Assembly (NCBI GenBank): GCA_964586835.1 | Contig: CAZPIC010000006.1 | Span: 17,534 to 81,533 of the forward strand | Source of the DNA: an uncultured Oscillospiraceae bacterium | Lineage (GTDB): Bacteria; Bacillota; Clostridia; Christensenellales; Aristaeellaceae | DNA: 64,000 nucleotides | Reading direction: 5' to 3' | Shown here: positions 37,236 through 47,156 of the stretch, piece after piece | How positions within the stretch are numbered: the first letter of the stretch is position 1 | Layout: every line of letters starts with the position of its first letter | Notes under the pieces: model-generated | What the model was told of the DNA's origin: nothing | Database searches by the model: none | What the model saw: only the letters and a program-made list of their open reading frames with translations | Program-made: the position numbers and the translations under genes

Positions 37236-38693
37236 CGGCACCCCTTCCGCCCGGTTGCACCACAGGGTACGTTTTCGCTGCGACATTTCTCCAGCCCGCG
37301 ACATATAATGACCAACATCCTTGACGTTCGGCATCCGGATGATGTGTTCACGCCGTGGGTACACGCGCTTGGATACAGCGCCGGCACCCAGCGCCAGCAC
37401 GCTGACCGTGTCTTCCATTGTATCCACATTGTAAAGACAACCGCGCCCTTCAGGGGCATATCCGATGTTTTCAAGACCTCCGGCCATGTGTTTTTGCCTG
37501 TAGAGGTAGTACGGCCGAAGATCCATGGCGCCGGCTGCACGCGCCGCGAGCGTAAGCATGGAGGAAACCATGAGCCCGGAAGGCAGGGCATCACCGCAAA
37601 GGTGCATGTCCGATGTCCTCTTGATGCAAAGCGTATGGACTGTCAGGTGATCAGGCTTCATGGCGCCGACCCACCTGAGCGTCTGTGTAAACATCTCCGC
37701 GTCCTCCCCAGGAAGCCCGGCAATCAGATCCATATTGATGCATGAAAACCCCTCTGCCCGAGCAGCCTCATACGCGAGCTGTGTCTGCAGACGCGTGTGA
37801 AGTCGACCTATCAGCCGGAGTGTTTTGTCATGCATCGTCTGGGGGTTGATCGATATCCTGGTCACGCCCGCATCGGCGATGATGCGCAGCTTCTCGCGGT
37901 CCAGAGAGTCGGGCCTTCCCGCTTCCACCGTCCCCTCGGTTGCCTGTGTGATAAAAGGATGCGATGCCTTGAGTACGCGCTGCAACAGGGGCGCGGGCAG
38001 CGCTGTCGGTGTGCCGCCTCCCATGTAGAAGGCCCGGACCTTGAGTCCCCGCTCATCCATCAGCGTTCGAACACCGCGGATTTCCTCCTCCAGCGCGTCA
38101 ATATATGCAGGGAGCTGAGAGCCATCCCCCACACACGCGCTGATGAAGCTGCAGTATCTGCATCGACTGAGACAAAACGGGATGCTGACATACACATCCA
38201 CGTCGTTCTCAACCGCAGCGGGAATGGAGCTTTGCGCACCCACCACCTCCATCAGGAGGGCAGCCTTTTCCTCGCTGAGATCGTATTGCCTTCTGACCCG
38301 CTCACAGGCTTCATCAAGCGCCCTCCCTGCCTGGAGGCTCTCGTAAACCAGGCGCGTCGGTCGAATACCGGTCAACGCGCCCCAGGGAGGATGGATCCCA
38401 GTCCCCTGCTTAAACGCCATGTACGCCGCAAGCTTGATTTGCCGCCTGCGGTGTCGATCGTCCCCAGGAAAGCCCGCAACGGGAAGAGACCGGCTTTCTC
38501 CGGCAGCGGACACAGGTCCTGACAAGCGGACAGTACAGACACGTAGAGGGCCATCCCAGCCCTCCAGGCAGTCCACGATCAGCGTGTCACCCTCGAGATC
38601 TTCCGTCAGCTCTACGCGCCCGAAAAAAATCGTCGCTATATCCGCGATGTCCCGAACCAGCTTATACGAGGCAGGCCGGACCCACAACTTCAT
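37161..38693 (-). CDS. radical SAM coproporphyrinogen-III-oxidase-like protein (HemZ/HemN family)
   Basis: 510 aa. Radical SAM CxxxCxxC in YVSIPFCLSRCRYCSF. HemN-like GGGTPT. The ATG overlaps the upstream MBL stop (ATGA). Confidence 0.8.
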   Translation of the reverse strand: MKLWVRPASYKLVRDIADIATIFFGRVELTEDLEGDTLIVDCLEGWDGPLRVCTVRLSGPVSAAGESRSLPVAGFPGDDRHRRRQIKLAAYMAFKQGTGIHPPWGALTGIRPTRLVYESLQAGRALDEACERVRRQYDLSEEKAALLMEVVGAQSSIPAAVENDVDVYVSIPFCLSRCRYCSFISACVGDGSQLPAYIDALEEEIRGVRTLMDERGLKVRAFYMGGGTPTALPAPLLQRVLKASHPFITQATEGTVEAGRPDSLDREKLRIIADAGVTRISINPQTMHDKTLRLIGRLHTRLQTQLAYEAARAEGFSCINMDLIAGLPGEDAEMFTQTLRWVGAMKPDHLTVHTLCIKRTSDMHLCGDALPSGLMVSSMLTLAARAAGAMDLRPYYLYRQKHMAGGLENIGYAPEGRGCLYNVDTMEDTVSVLALGAGAVSKRVYPRREHIIRMPNVKDVGHYMSRAGEMSQRKRTLWCNRAEGVPSPLPAPYILAKELKDPTFALVHEP

Positions 38694-39262
38694 GTGATGA
38701 CCATGCCCTCGCCGTGTCCAGGCCAGGCACAGCAGCCTTTGAATTGTCGCAAAAGACGCAGCGACGCCCGCATCTGCGCTGCGTCCCCTCCCGGAAGGTC
38801 TGTGCGGCCATGCAACCCGTCGGCAAAAAGTGTATCCCCTGTGAAGAGGTCGTTTTCACACTTCAGGCATACCCCGCCAGGCGTATGCCCGGGCGTATGC
38901 ACCACCTCAAGGCGCAGTCCCGCGATATCAAGCGTCTGACCCGCCTGTAGAAAGTCGCTGGCCGGCGGTCTATAAGCGCTGTCATCAAAGAGATAAGCCG
39001 CGCTCAGGACCGGGTCTGTCAGCATGGGAGCGTCCTGATGGTGTATATAAATGGGGGCATCGCTAAAGCTTGAAAGGGCTCCCGTATGATCCCAGTGTCC
39101 GTGCGTGAGAACAACCCCGGCGACCCTGCGGTGACCGACATGCCTGGAAATAAGGTCTCCCTGCGCTCCCGGATCCAGCAGCACCACGTCCTCCCTCCCC
39201 GCCAGGGAAAGGATATAGCAGTTCGTCCCGAGGCTTCCCACAACAAGCGTCTCTATTTGCAT
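38690..39262 (-). CDS. MBL-fold metallo-hydrolase
   Basis: 190 aa. LTHGHWDHTG (HxHxDH motif), HTPGHTPG. Confidence 0.88.
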   Translation of the reverse strand: MQIETLVVGSLGTNCYILSLAGREDVVLLDPGAQGDLISRHVGHRRVAGVVLTHGHWDHTGALSSFSDAPIYIHHQDAPMLTDPVLSAAYLFDDSAYRPPASDFLQAGQTLDIAGLRLEVVHTPGHTPGGVCLKCENDLFTGDTLFADGLHGRTDLPGGDAAQMRASLRLLRQFKGCCAWPGHGEGMVIT

Positions 39263-39276
39263 GGTTGCCGCCTCTC

Positions 39277-39726
39277 CTAAAAAGTCTTTTTACTATCCAG
39301 CAAAAGGGTCACCGGCCCGTCATTGACCAGCGCAATGCGCATATGCCCGCCGAAGCGCCCAGTGAAAACCGTGACGCCGTGGGATGCAATCCGTTCGCAA
39401 CAGGCCTCATAAAGCTCATTTGCCCGCTGGGGCTCCTCTGCCCTGACAAAGCCTGGCCTGTTTTGCCCACGCGCGTCACCCAGGAGGGTAAACTGGCTGA
39501 TTGCCATCACCGCGCCCTTCACATCACGCACAGAGAGATTCATCTTTCCCTGCCCGTCACTGAAGATCCTCAGCTTCACGATTTTGTCCGCAAGGTAGCG
39601 GGCATCCTCGAGGACATCGCCTCCTTCTACGCCAATGAGGGCCACCAGCCCATGCTCCATGCTTGCAAGCGCCCTCCCTTCCACCTCGACGGACGCTTCA
39701 GTCACCCTCTGTACAACGCTACGCAT
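39277..39726 (-). CDS. dtd: D-aminoacyl-tRNA deacylase
   Basis: 149 aa. MRSVVQRV..ASV.V, SQFTLLGD, NDGPVT(L)LLD signature at the C-terminus. Confidence 0.93.
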   Translation of the reverse strand: MRSVVQRVTEASVEVEGRALASMEHGLVALIGVEGGDVLEDARYLADKIVKLRIFSDGQGKMNLSVRDVKGAVMAISQFTLLGDARGQNRPGFVRAEEPQRANELYEACCERIASHGVTVFTGRFGGHMRIALVNDGPVTLLLDSKKTF

Positions 39727-39738
39727 GCTGTCCTCTCC

Positions 39739-41919
39739 CTAACTAACACTTCGGTAGGCCTCAAGCACATCGGAACGCTTCTGCAGCCGTCCCACTGCCT
39801 GCCTGAGCTGTTCTTTGCTCGTCACCTGTATCACCATATGAATGGAGCAGGTCCCGTTTTTGTTCACCTTAACCGACACCGCGGTGACAGGCGTTCCCAA
39901 TTCTGAAACAAAGACTGTGATCTCACCCAGGAGACTTGGATGATCATAGGCAATGATCCGGATGCTGGCGTTGAAGATCTCCTTCTCCTCCTCAGACCAA
40001 GAGACATGTACCATTCGCTCAGGCTCCGCACGCAGCGCATTGACGCAGTCTGATTTGTGGACTGTCACGCCTCGTCCTCTCGTCACATATCCGATGATTT
40101 CATCCCCGGGCACGGGGTTACAGCAGTGCGCAAAGCGCACAAGCATGCCCGCGCCCCCCTCCACATAGATGCCACGTGTAGGCTTGCCTTTTTGAAGAAC
40201 TTCCCGGGGTTCCGGAAGCGTGATTGGTTTCTTGGGGGCTGCTGCCTCCTCGCCGCGCCTCTGTTCCTCCATCAAGCGGCTGATCACGAATGCGGATTGC
40301 AGGGCACCATAACCCACCGCGCCAAAGACAGCGTCAAGATCTGAAAACGCGTATTTTTTAAGGATCGGCTCTATCAGGTCCGGCTTGGTCAAATCCCCCA
40401 GCCTTGCGCCGCGACGCTTGGCCTCGTGCTCAAGCATGTCTCTGCCCTTTTGGACGTTTTCTCCATAGAGCTCTTTTTTAAAGAACTGCCGGATCTTCGT
40501 CTTGGCTTGCTGGGTTTTTACGATGGCAAGCCAGTCCATGCTAGGCCCTTTGGAGGAAGAGGAGGTCATAATCTCGATCCGGTCGCCAGTGTTGAGTTCC
40601 GTGCTCAGCGGCACGATTTTTCCGTTAACTTTTGCCCCTACGCAGGAATTTCCGACCTGTGAATGGATGCGGTAGGCGAAGTCGAGGGGCGTCGCCCCCC
40701 GCTGCATGTTGATAATATCGCCTTTGGGGGTGAAGAGAAAAACCTCCTCGCTGAACAGGTCTGTCTTGAGGCCATCGATGAACTCTCTGCTGTCGCGTGT
40801 CTCAGACTGCCAGTCAAGAATCTGGCGAAGCCAGTATAGCTTCTTGTCCAAGCCGCTGTTGTTGCCCCCCTCCTTGTAGTTCCAGTGCGCAGCGATGCCG
40901 TATTCAGCGACGCGGTGCATTTCGCGAGTCCTGATCTGAACCTCAAAGGGCGCAGGGATGGTTCGGCCCCCAATCAGTGTCGTATGCAGAGACTGGTACA
41001 TATTATTTTTAGGAACAGAAATGAAATCCTTGAAGCGCCCGGGTACCTGATTCCACAGCGTATGCACCACACCAAGAACCGTATAGCAGTCAAGCACCGT
41101 ATCGACCAGCACGCGGATGGCGATGAGGTCGTAGATCTGCTCAAAATGCCTGTTCTGGATCACCATCTTGCGGTAGATGCTGTAGAGGTGTTTGGGCCTT
41201 CCCTCGATTTCATAGCCCTTTAAGCCCATCTCGTCCAGTTTCTCGGAGAGGATGCGGATCACCGTCCGGATCTGTTCTTCCCGCTCCGCCCGTTTCAGCC
41301 CTACTTTCTGCGCGACAAGCCTGTATCCCTCCGGATCGATGTACCTCAGCGCCAGATCCTCTATTTCCTGCTTGATGGCATAGACACCCAGCCTGTGAGC
41401 GATGGGCGCATAGATATCCAGCGTTTCACGGGCGATGGACCTCTGCCGTTCTTGAGACTGGAAGCCCAGGGTACGCATGTTGTGCAGGCGATCCGCCAGC
41501 TTGATCAATACGACCCGGATGTCCTTTCCCATTGCAAGGATCATCTTGCGAAGGGATTCTGCCTGCAGCTCTTCCCGGTCGGAAAAACTGAGCTTACCTA
41601 GCTTTGTCACCCCATCCACCAGCCGCGCAACTTCCGGACCAAACGCTTTGTCAATGGTCTCCAGCGTAATGCCTTCGCAGTCCTCCACCGTATCATGCAG
41701 CAAGCCCGCAGCGATCGTCGGGGCATCCAGCATCAGCTCAACGAGGATGCTCGCCACGCTGAGGGGATGGACGAAGTATGGCTCGCCGCTCTTTCTCAGC
41801 TGGCCCTCATGGGCGCTCTGGGCAAACCTGTAAGCCTTTTCAATGAGGAGGTGGTTGTCCTCGGGCTGGACCTTCCTTGCCTTTGAGAGCATCTCCTCAA
41901 GAGATAGAGGTTCAAACAT
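39739..41919 (-). CDS. relA: bifunctional (p)ppGpp synthetase/hydrolase RelA/SpoT (Rel)
   Basis: 726 aa. HD hydrolase domain (HPLSVA, LLHDTVED), synthetase domain (YQSLHTT), then TGS and ACT regions. Confidence 0.95.
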   Translation of the reverse strand: MFEPLSLEEMLSKARKVQPEDNHLLIEKAYRFAQSAHEGQLRKSGEPYFVHPLSVASILVELMLDAPTIAAGLLHDTVEDCEGITLETIDKAFGPEVARLVDGVTKLGKLSFSDREELQAESLRKMILAMGKDIRVVLIKLADRLHNMRTLGFQSQERQRSIARETLDIYAPIAHRLGVYAIKQEIEDLALRYIDPEGYRLVAQKVGLKRAEREEQIRTVIRILSEKLDEMGLKGYEIEGRPKHLYSIYRKMVIQNRHFEQIYDLIAIRVLVDTVLDCYTVLGVVHTLWNQVPGRFKDFISVPKNNMYQSLHTTLIGGRTIPAPFEVQIRTREMHRVAEYGIAAHWNYKEGGNNSGLDKKLYWLRQILDWQSETRDSREFIDGLKTDLFSEEVFLFTPKGDIINMQRGATPLDFAYRIHSQVGNSCVGAKVNGKIVPLSTELNTGDRIEIMTSSSSKGPSMDWLAIVKTQQAKTKIRQFFKKELYGENVQKGRDMLEHEAKRRGARLGDLTKPDLIEPILKKYAFSDLDAVFGAVGYGALQSAFVISRLMEEQRRGEEAAAPKKPITLPEPREVLQKGKPTRGIYVEGGAGMLVRFAHCCNPVPGDEIIGYVTRGRGVTVHKSDCVNALRAEPERMVHVSWSEEEKEIFNASIRIIAYDHPSLLGEITVFVSELGTPVTAVSVKVNKNGTCSIHMVIQVTSKEQLRQAVGRLQKRSDVLEAYRSVS

Positions 41920-41922
41920 GTT

Positions 41923-44229
41923 TTACATCCTCGCCTGTCCGCCACAGCGGAGCCTCCGATAGAGCCGGCTGCTTTCGGGATCACGCTTCTTCATAGGCAA
42001 CAATTTGATTGCATACGGGTGACTGGCACCTCCGACGATCAGGCTCAGTTCCGTCAGGATGGCTAGCGCTGCCAGCGCCTTTCCACGGTCGGCAAGGCAG
42101 TTGACAGGGGCCTGTCCCCCATCCCTTAGAAACCGGTAAGCCTCCCGTAGTTCATCACGCGACAGGCTCATTTCTTCAAGCCTTTGCGCCAGGGCAGCCG
42201 TCTTAGGAAGGGCGACCAGTCTGGCGTCTGGGAAGAGTTCTCTAGCAAGGACGGCCTCTTCCGGGTGTAGTAGCCCATCGCAAAACACCAGCTCTGTAAA
42301 AGGAACAGTGACGCGCAACAGCGAGGAGCGGTAGAGCACTGTACTGTAGCAGCGCCGGTCCGAGCTCCCGCCGACAGCAGTACCGAAGTCACGGTGCTTC
42401 AAGCGCATCGCCATCGCCGTCTCCCATGTCCTGCAGAACAGCAACATCCCACGCGTGCCTTTCTTTCCCCCCTCGCTCATTTCCGTCGAGAGAGGAGGCC
42501 CTTCCACTCTGTTTGAGGGGATTCGCGCCAAATCCTGCAAAATCGTCTCCCATTCCCCAAGGCGATCCTGTCTGAACGCCTTTTCTGCGGGCGCCATCGC
42601 TTGAAGCTGGCACTGGACACTAACCCTGCCCCTGTACTCTGAGACGGTTGGCCTATACAGAATGTCCGCTTCGGGGGGCAGTGTCTCCAACCGGCTTCCT
42701 GCTCCGAAATAAATTGCCTCATGGTCCAGGTCATGCCAGCGTAGGCGCATCTTGAGATGCTTTCCATTCTCACCCACAGCGCGCGGAGAATCAAGCGCTA
42801 CGTTTTTCGCTAAAAACACGGGGCTGGGATTTCCCACGCCAAAGGGTGCCAAGGCCTCCAGGCGCCGAGCCGTCTCCGGGGTCGCCTCCGAAAGGGGCAG
42901 CGTAAGGTCATAGTAAGCCCGGGGAACCAGGTCGCGTCCCATAAGCTGATCTTTGACGGCCTGGTCAAAACGGCTCGCAAACGCTGCCAAGGCTGTGGCG
43001 GGAAGTGTCAGCCCGGCTGCTTGCCTGTGGCCTCCAAAGCGCGCCAACAGGCTGGAGCAGCCGGACAAGGCGGCGAAGAGGTCGACATCGCCGGCTGTTC
43101 GAGCGCTTCCCGTGTAATGACCCTCTCGGGCAGTCAGCACGACGGTGGGATACCCGATCTCTTCAGCGATCCGTCCGGCGACAAGCCCCACTACGCCGCT
43201 GTTCCAGCCGCTCCCCACCAGGACAACCGTCCGCGCATACAAGAGCTCCGCCTCCTCAAGCTGCCGCCGCGCTTCGCTGAGTACCCTCGCCTCCTCAAGC
43301 CGTCTGTCATCGTTCAAGCGGTCCAGCTTGAGCGCCAGGCGGCGAGCCGCATTTTCGTCGGGCCGTCCCAGCAGCTCCACGGCATCCATGGCATCCGCAA
43401 GACGGCCCCCGGCGTTCAGCCGCGGCGCCAAAGCAAAGGCCACCTGCCCGGAGCTGACAGGTCTCTTCTGCGGCAGGCCTGCCTGGCGCATGAGCGCCTG
43501 GAGCCCTGCGCGCCCCGTTTCCGCTATCCGTTCCAGTCCAAGTGACGCGATGACCCTGTTTTCGCCCGTCAGGGGGACCATGTCCGCAATGGTCGCAAGC
43601 GCTGCAAGATCCAGCTGTTCTTTAGCAAACTCCTCCCCCTTGAGTGCAAACGCGAGTTTCCAGGCAACGCCTGCTCCACACAGCGGAGGCCCCGGAGGGT
43701 CTGAGAGCAGAGGGTTGACGATGACATCCGCCTCCGGAAGAATCGACGGTGGCTGATGATGGTCCGTAACCAGCACGCGCATGCCGAGATCTCTCGCCAT
43801 ACGGACTTCATCCACGTTCGATATGCCGCAGTCAGCTGTGACGAGGAGGTCCGAAACCTCCGCCAACCGCTGCACGATCTCCGGATGAAGGCCATACCCC
43901 TGCGTGTGCCGATCGGGGATGTGTATATCGGCCCTGAGGCCCACTGCCTCGAAGGCCTCTTTCAGGATGACGCTTGCGCAGATACCGTCCGCATCATAAT
44001 CGCCATAGATGGCGACGCGAAGGTGGCGCGAAACGCATTCTCTGATCAGGCTCAACGCCGCATCTACACCAAAAAGTTCGAACGGGTCGGAGAGTTGATC
44101 AAAAGAAGGCCTGAGAAAGGCATCGGCTTTCTGTGGGGTATCCGCACCGCGCGCAGCCAGCAACGCAAAAAACCAGTCCTCCCCGCTTTGTAGGTGGGCT
44201 TGTGGATTTCTGCTGATGTATTCAATCAT
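41923..44229 (-). CDS. recJ: single-stranded-DNA-specific exonuclease RecJ
   Basis: 768 aa. DHH motifs (IYGDYDADGI, VTADCG, LVTDHH) and DHHA1 (GGHRQAAG). Confidence 0.92.
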   Translation of the reverse strand: MIEYISRNPQAHLQSGEDWFFALLAARGADTPQKADAFLRPSFDQLSDPFELFGVDAALSLIRECVSRHLRVAIYGDYDADGICASVILKEAFEAVGLRADIHIPDRHTQGYGLHPEIVQRLAEVSDLLVTADCGISNVDEVRMARDLGMRVLVTDHHQPPSILPEADVIVNPLLSDPPGPPLCGAGVAWKLAFALKGEEFAKEQLDLAALATIADMVPLTGENRVIASLGLERIAETGRAGLQALMRQAGLPQKRPVSSGQVAFALAPRLNAGGRLADAMDAVELLGRPDENAARRLALKLDRLNDDRRLEEARVLSEARRQLEEAELLYARTVVLVGSGWNSGVVGLVAGRIAEEIGYPTVVLTAREGHYTGSARTAGDVDLFAALSGCSSLLARFGGHRQAAGLTLPATALAAFASRFDQAVKDQLMGRDLVPRAYYDLTLPLSEATPETARRLEALAPFGVGNPSPVFLAKNVALDSPRAVGENGKHLKMRLRWHDLDHEAIYFGAGSRLETLPPEADILYRPTVSEYRGRVSVQCQLQAMAPAEKAFRQDRLGEWETILQDLARIPSNRVEGPPLSTEMSEGGKKGTRGMLLFCRTWETAMAMRLKHRDFGTAVGGSSDRRCYSTVLYRSSLLRVTVPFTELVFCDGLLHPEEAVLARELFPDARLVALPKTAALAQRLEEMSLSRDELREAYRFLRDGGQAPVNCLADRGKALAALAILTELSLIVGGASHPYAIKLLPMKKRDPESSRLYRRLRCGGQARM

Positions 44230-44301
44230 CCAGGACTCCCGTAGCCATAGGACAGAAAAAACGCCCTCTTGCCTTTGCCAAGGGAGCGTTTTTCACAAGG
44301 T

Positions 44302-44934
44302 TTATCTGGCTGGCTTTCTTGCCCTGAACCGTTCGGTCGCCACCGCCCAAGTGTAGGGCGAAATGAAGCGCATACAATACCACGACGACAAGAGGCTCAA
44401 CGCAAGCGGTACCATCGCGGCAGCCAGCCCGGCACCGCCCCCTATCGCTGCAGCCAGCAACAGCAGGGCGCCCAAGGCCGCTGCAAAGTGCATGGTCGAC
44501 CTGTCCGAGAGAGCTTCCTCGGCCACTTCCACCCGATTTTTGTTGCGTAGGGAGGTATTGCGCGACAGCTCCCTGGCTGACCTTAACAGCGGGATCGTCA
44601 GGGAGAACGTAAACAGCGGCGCTGACAACACCATCACCGGGAACAGTGGGTGCAGCGGCATAAGCCTGCCAAAGGCAAGCGCCAGAGCACAGGTAAGGGC
44701 GAGATCGTGGAGGGACGCCAGCAGCAGCACCACGCCCGACGCTAAGTCGTATCGAAGGGCGCCAAACACAAAGGAAAATACGACGGTGGCCAGTGCGCAC
44801 AGGAACAGCTGGTGCAAATCATGCGATGCGCCTACAGGGCTGGCACCTCCAACAAACAGCGTGATGGCAATCCCCGCAACGACCAACGCCAGGGAGATCA
44901 GAAACGCGTAACGGGCACTCAGACGGAGTCTCAA
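44302..44934 (-). CDS. secF: short SecF-like protein translocase subunit
   Basis: 210 aa. The TTG start directly abuts the secD stop. TM-rich, with the SecF-like block LLLASLHDLALTCALALAFG. The large extracytoplasmic loop after TM1 appears to be missing. Confidence 0.6.
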   Translation of the reverse strand: MRLRLSARYAFLISLALVVAGIAITLFVGGASPVGASHDLHQLFLCALATVVFSFVFGALRYDLASGVVLLLASLHDLALTCALALAFGRLMPLHPLFPVMVLSAPLFTFSLTIPLLRSARELSRNTSLRNKNRVEVAEEALSDRSTMHFAAALGALLLLAAAIGGGAGLAAAMVPLALSLLSSWYCMRFISPYTWAVATERFRARKPAR

Positions 44935-46266
44935 TCAAACCGCCTCCTTCCTGAGGGGTTCTTTGGTATAAAGGGACGTTTTTTCACTGAAGAAATTGAT
45001 CACCTGGAGGATCAGGACACGGAGCACAACGTGGACCAGGACAAGGTTGACTAATAATCCAACAGCAAAGAGCCGCATATAGATCCCGATGACACCTGTA
45101 TCCATGATCATGAGCACGACCGAAAGACAAAGGCCGGCTGCCAAAATATCCAAAGATGCGTGCCCGGCCTTTGCGTAGGAATCATTTAACGCCCTTTTTA
45201 CAGAGCGCCCGCGATCTATGTCGCTTCTCATCCCACTGTAGATCATCTGTATCACGAACACGGCGAGCGCAAACGATGAAAAAATGGCAAGCAGGGTTGA
45301 AACGGAAAAAGCAGCTCCGGAAAGGGCAGCAAAGAAGAACATGAAGGCCAGCTCGAGCACCAGTGCCCAAGCTGCAACCACCCCTCCAAGCCTGTATTTC
45401 ATGATCAGGTAGAGCAAGATCAAGACTATGGCAACGGCCATCGCGATCATCAGATTTTCGCCAGACCGGTTTCCAAACCGGGGAGCAGCAGGCTGGCTCC
45501 CGTCAAGGTTCAGCGCAAGAGGCAAAGCTCCTGATCGCATCAGCACGGCATAGTTCCTGGCTTCTTCCTCCTCAAAGCCTGGAATGGAGGCGCTCCCTTC
45601 CGTCAGCGGCGTGCTGATCGAGGGGGCCCGGAGTTCCCGGCCATCCAGCATCAGCTTGATGGTTTGTCCCATGAGCTCTGTTGTTTTTTGGCCAAAGACA
45701 TCTTTCCCCACCTCGTCCAGCACGAAGGAGAGAGCAAACACTCCTTCACCGCCCGTATCTTGGTATCCCGCATACGTTATATGCTCGCCGGAGAGAAAAA
45801 CTACGCCGTCAGGATCTGCAAAAGCAAACGCCCCCACCGAGCCGGCAAGCGTCGCCGCACTTTCATCAGCCTGCGCCGGCAAGGTCACCTGAACCCGCTC
45901 CTCTTGCGACACATCGACAGGTGCATCCGGCCATCCCCAGTCAGCGAGCCGCTTTCCAATGATGGCTGCCGTCTCGCCAAGGAGGCTCTCCGATACGGGT
46001 TCACCTTCAGGAACGGGATAGGTGTAGGTGAGGAGCTTGGTCTCCCCGAAGTCTGTCCCGGGAACCAGCGCCTCACGCCATCGAGTCTCACCTCCCGGGG
46101 AAGGCAGCCACGGGAGGAGCCTGTAAAGCCCGTCCTGGTCCAATTTCGCCCCCGTCACACCGAGGACCAGAAACGCGACCGTCAGGACAAGGGCGACTCC
46201 CAGCACCAAAGCCGCAATCCATCTTGCGTTGGTTCCTTGTTTATCCGCCCGTGCAGGTTTTGCCAT
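44935..46266 (-). CDS. secD: protein translocase subunit SecD
   Basis: 443 aa. N-terminal TM, large extracytoplasmic domain (LMLDGRELRAPSI), and a C-terminal 5-TM bundle typical of SecD. Confidence 0.85.
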   Translation of the reverse strand: MAKPARADKQGTNARWIAALVLGVALVLTVAFLVLGVTGAKLDQDGLYRLLPWLPSPGGETRWREALVPGTDFGETKLLTYTYPVPEGEPVSESLLGETAAIIGKRLADWGWPDAPVDVSQEERVQVTLPAQADESAATLAGSVGAFAFADPDGVVFLSGEHITYAGYQDTGGEGVFALSFVLDEVGKDVFGQKTTELMGQTIKLMLDGRELRAPSISTPLTEGSASIPGFEEEEARNYAVLMRSGALPLALNLDGSQPAAPRFGNRSGENLMIAMAVAIVLILLYLIMKYRLGGVVAAWALVLELAFMFFFAALSGAAFSVSTLLAIFSSFALAVFVIQMIYSGMRSDIDRGRSVKRALNDSYAKAGHASLDILAAGLCLSVVLMIMDTGVIGIYMRLFAVGLLVNLVLVHVVLRVLILQVINFFSEKTSLYTKEPLRKEAV

Positions 46267-46331
46267 CTTGCTGTTCCTCTTTCAACATTCTCTTGCGGTG
46301 AAGGCGTTGCAGCCTCTATGTAAACGGCGGT

Positions 46332-46360
46332 ATTATACCCAAAGGCCTTGGGCTTGTAAA
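46332..46360 (-). promoter_or_regulatory. sigma-A promoter candidate for secDF
   Basis: Minus-strand TTTACA (46360-46355), 17-nt spacer, TATAAT (46337-46332), about 65 nt upstream of the secD ATG. Confidence 0.55.
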
Positions 46361-46409
46361 GGAAGATCAACACCGGTACGCAGCTTGGAAAAGGCCTGAA
46401 CCGGGTACT

Positions 46410-46757
46410 TTAACGGCCGGACAACCAGGAGAGAAGCTGCTCCTCATCAAAGCCGATCAGGGTCTTTGTACCGTCACGGATCAGGGGCGTCTTCAACAAC
46501 TCGGGCCGTTCCATGACATATTCCAAAATCCTTTCCGTATCCTCTGTATACGCCGCTGGATGGGATTTCACCAAAGAACTCTGGGTATCAAGCAAAGCGC
46601 GCGCCCCATGCTTCCCTGCGAACAGGGCAAGCTCCCTCTTTCCAGGCCTCCGCTTAAGCATGTCCACCAACTGGCAGGGGATTTGGCGCTCCTTGAAAAA
46701 CCGCTCCGCCTTTCTGGTATCGAAATCCTTTCTGACATAGTAGATCTGGATATTCAA
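46410..46757 (-). CDS. ArsC/Spx/YffB-fold family protein lacking the N-terminal redox cysteine(s)
   Basis: 115 aa. MNIQIYYVRKDFDTRKAERFFKE matches the fold's beta1-alpha1 pattern (I..Y....C...RKA...L), but the Cys position holds K/D. The C-terminal KTPLIRDG...IGFDEEQ is typical. Confidence 0.7.
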   Translation of the reverse strand: MNIQIYYVRKDFDTRKAERFFKERQIPCQLVDMLKRRPGKRELALFAGKHGARALLDTQSSLVKSHPAAYTEDTERILEYVMERPELLKTPLIRDGTKTLIGFDEEQLLSWLSGR

Positions 46758-46763
46758 GGCCTG

Positions 46764-47156
46764 TCACATCCTCTCGTCCGTTTCCCCATCAAAGGGCAAC
46801 GCCAGACGATTGTTCCCATCCTGCCACAGCCGCTCAAGGTGGTAGTAGGCGCGGTTCTCCGGGTCAAAAATATGCACGATCACCGATGAAAAATCCAGAA
46901 CGATCCACCGCCCTGCGCTGAAACCCTCTCTGCGGCGCGGCCAGATATGTTTCGGCGCCAGGCTCTTTTCCAGCGCTTCAGCGAGCGCACGTCCCTGGAT
47001 GGCGTTTTCCGCCGTAGCGACCACCAGATAATCGGTCACCCATGTCAGGTGCCCGACCTTCAGCACTACAATGTCCCCAGCCTTTTTTTCATACAGGGTT
47101 TTTGCAATGACAACGGCCAAGTTCTCTTCCAGCAACTTGTGTCTTCCTCCCTTCAA
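46764..47156 (-). CDS. rsfS: ribosome silencing factor RsfS
   Basis: 130 aa. DIVVLKVGHLTWVTDYLVVATA and W.VLDFSSVIVHIF....R.YY.LE.LW signature. 4-nt overlap with the upstream gene. Confidence 0.92.
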   Translation of the reverse strand: MKGGRHKLLEENLAVVIAKTLYEKKAGDIVVLKVGHLTWVTDYLVVATAENAIQGRALAEALEKSLAPKHIWPRRREGFSAGRWIVLDFSSVIVHIFDPENRAYYHLERLWQDGNNRLALPFDGETDERM

